Assembly (NCBI GenBank): GCA_963765205.1
Contig: CAVXVB010000009.1
Coordinates: 736,001 to 800,000, forward strand
DNA from: an uncultured Verrucomicrobiae bacterium
GTDB taxonomy: Bacteria > Verrucomicrobiota > Verrucomicrobiia > Opitutales > JABDGR01
Direction: 5' to 3'
Length of the DNA stretch: 64,000 nt
Both the position numbers and the translations under genes were made by a program. Numbering within the stretch: position 1 is the first letter of the stretch; each line of letters begins with the position of its first letter. This document shows, piece after piece, positions 62,901 through 64,000 of this stretch. A model generated the notes under the pieces. The model made no database searches, was not told the DNA's origin, and saw only the letters and a program-made list of their open reading frames with translations.

Positions 62901-63053
62901 CGCGCGCAGGGAGGCTTCGTTGTAATCGGGCGAGGTGACTTCGGGAAAGCGGCGGTCGAATTGCTCGACGAGCCGGTTAAGCTCGTGCTGGAAGGTCTCG
63001 AATGTCGGAGCGTCGGGCATACGGTGAAGATGCAACGCAGGGAATAATGTCAT
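59926..63053 (-). pseudogene. Type IIG (Eco57I-like) fused restriction-modification enzyme, disrupted
   Basis: ADY..CEAKK nuclease, YYTP, DPACGSGSF, NPPY and a TaqI_C-like TRD; in-frame TAA at 61119-61121 and frameshift ~61040. Confidence 0.9.
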
Positions 63054-63263
63054 AAGGACGTGTTTGTCAAACCAGCCCGGCCAGAGGTATCGAAAAAATG
63101 ACGATGCGTCCCCTTAACTTAGCGCCATTCGCCAGAAGTCCACGGCTAATTTCGAGTCGTCGCTCGGTGACTGCACAAAAAGTGAGATGCACCTACTACC
63201 CAATAACTTGCTTGTTTTTCATTTTGGAAGAGGATAACAATGCGTATTGAGGAGGCCGATTTG

Positions 63264-64000
63264 ATGAATACCCCACGCATTAAGTTTGACCACGATCCGC
63301 AAACAAAAAAGGCCCCTTCGGCCCGTCAGAGTCGATCCTTGGCGTTCGGCCTTGTCGCGCTTCTGGCGCTCGGGGTGGGTTTTGCGGGAGGTTGGATGGT
63401 CCGTGATCATTCAACGCCCGGGAAAATTCCTGCTCATCCTTCATCGCAAAGAACAAATGGGCAGGCAAAAGCCGTGGTGGTGAATGCTGCGATCGTCCCG
63501 ACCGGCATTGCATGGGACGTAAAAAGCCCCTTGGCGGATATTTTGAAAAAATATACGGGCGGGGCGCGCATTAGAGCCATTGCCAAGCTCGTCGAGCAAA
63601 CCCCGGTGTCGGAATTGCATCATCTGCTCGACCTGGCTGCCGCCTGCCCGGTGGCCGATATTCGTAAAATCGTCGCTGATTTGGTTTACGCAAAGTGGGT
63701 TGCTGCCGATCCCAAGGGCGCGCTGGTCTATGCCGAGGCCTTGGACATCCGGACAAAGGACACCACCGCATTGAACAGCGTGTTCGCGGCTTGGGCCGGC
63801 CTCGACCCGCATGCGGCTTTTGCCGCCGCCCAAACGCTTGGCACGGCGTCTCTTCGTCAAGCCGGGCCATTGGCCGTGTTGTCGAGTTGGGTGCAAAGCG
63901 GCAATCCAACCGATGCCTTGGCCGCCCTTAAACAGTTCCAAAATGGCAATTTAGGAGGAGTAATGTGCCAGACGCTTTTTGATGAGTGGTCACAATTAGA
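63264..64000 (+). CDS. Membrane-anchored alpha-helical W-x-x-x-DP repeat protein (partial)
   Basis: GGAGG RBS; MNTPRIK...LAFGLVALLALGVGFAGGW TM; KWVAADPKGAL and AWAGLDPHAAF repeats; open to the window end. Confidence 0.75.
   Translation, partial: MNTPRIKFDHDPQTKKAPSARQSRSLAFGLVALLALGVGFAGGWMVRDHSTPGKIPAHPSSQRTNGQAKAVVVNAAIVPTGIAWDVKSPLADILKKYTGGARIRAIAKLVEQTPVSELHHLLDLAAACPVADIRKIVADLVYAKWVAADPKGALVYAEALDIRTKDTTALNSVFAAWAGLDPHAAFAAAQTLGTASLRQAGPLAVLSSWVQSGNPTDALAALKQFQNGNLGGVMCQTLFDEWSQL

Overview
GC-rich bacterial DNA, most likely Verrucomicrobiota/Opitutales-like (inferred from gene content, a PEP-CTERM protein, a W-x-x-x-DP repeat protein and the intergenic repeat style). Positions 1-38.9 kb hold one very large minus-strand surface-polysaccharide locus. 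It is headed by a GbsR/MarR-type regulator and an UpxY/RfaH-like NusG paralogue, followed by wzm/wzt, about 20 glycosyltransferases (GT2, GT4, GT9, GT26, two GT47, GT61, STELLO-like, GT-C), methyl- and acyltransferases and a Wzy-like membrane protein; its 23-34 kb part is visibly decaying. Positions 39-54 kb are an integration hotspot with three features: an orphan att arm with a tRNA 3' fragment (39.0-39.2 kb); a ~1.3 kb integrase-less element in tRNA-Phe; and a ~4.2 kb tyrosine-integrase element in tmRNA. The tmRNA element carries an HTH plus nucleotidyltransferase two-gene module, a candidate type IV toxin-antitoxin or anti-phage system and the best candidate for a novel system here. Between these lie a 2-hydroxyacid dehydrogenase, a CE15-like double esterase, a DUF3494 ice-binding PEP-CTERM protein and Tat-exported TIM-barrel proteins. 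Positions 54-64 kb carry purC, purD, an LMW phosphatase, rpiB, a broken type IIG restriction-modification gene and a partial repeat protein. Many single-base frameshifts sit in homopolymers and may be sequencing errors. No CRISPR array or rRNA was seen. All family assignments come from motif recognition, not database searches.
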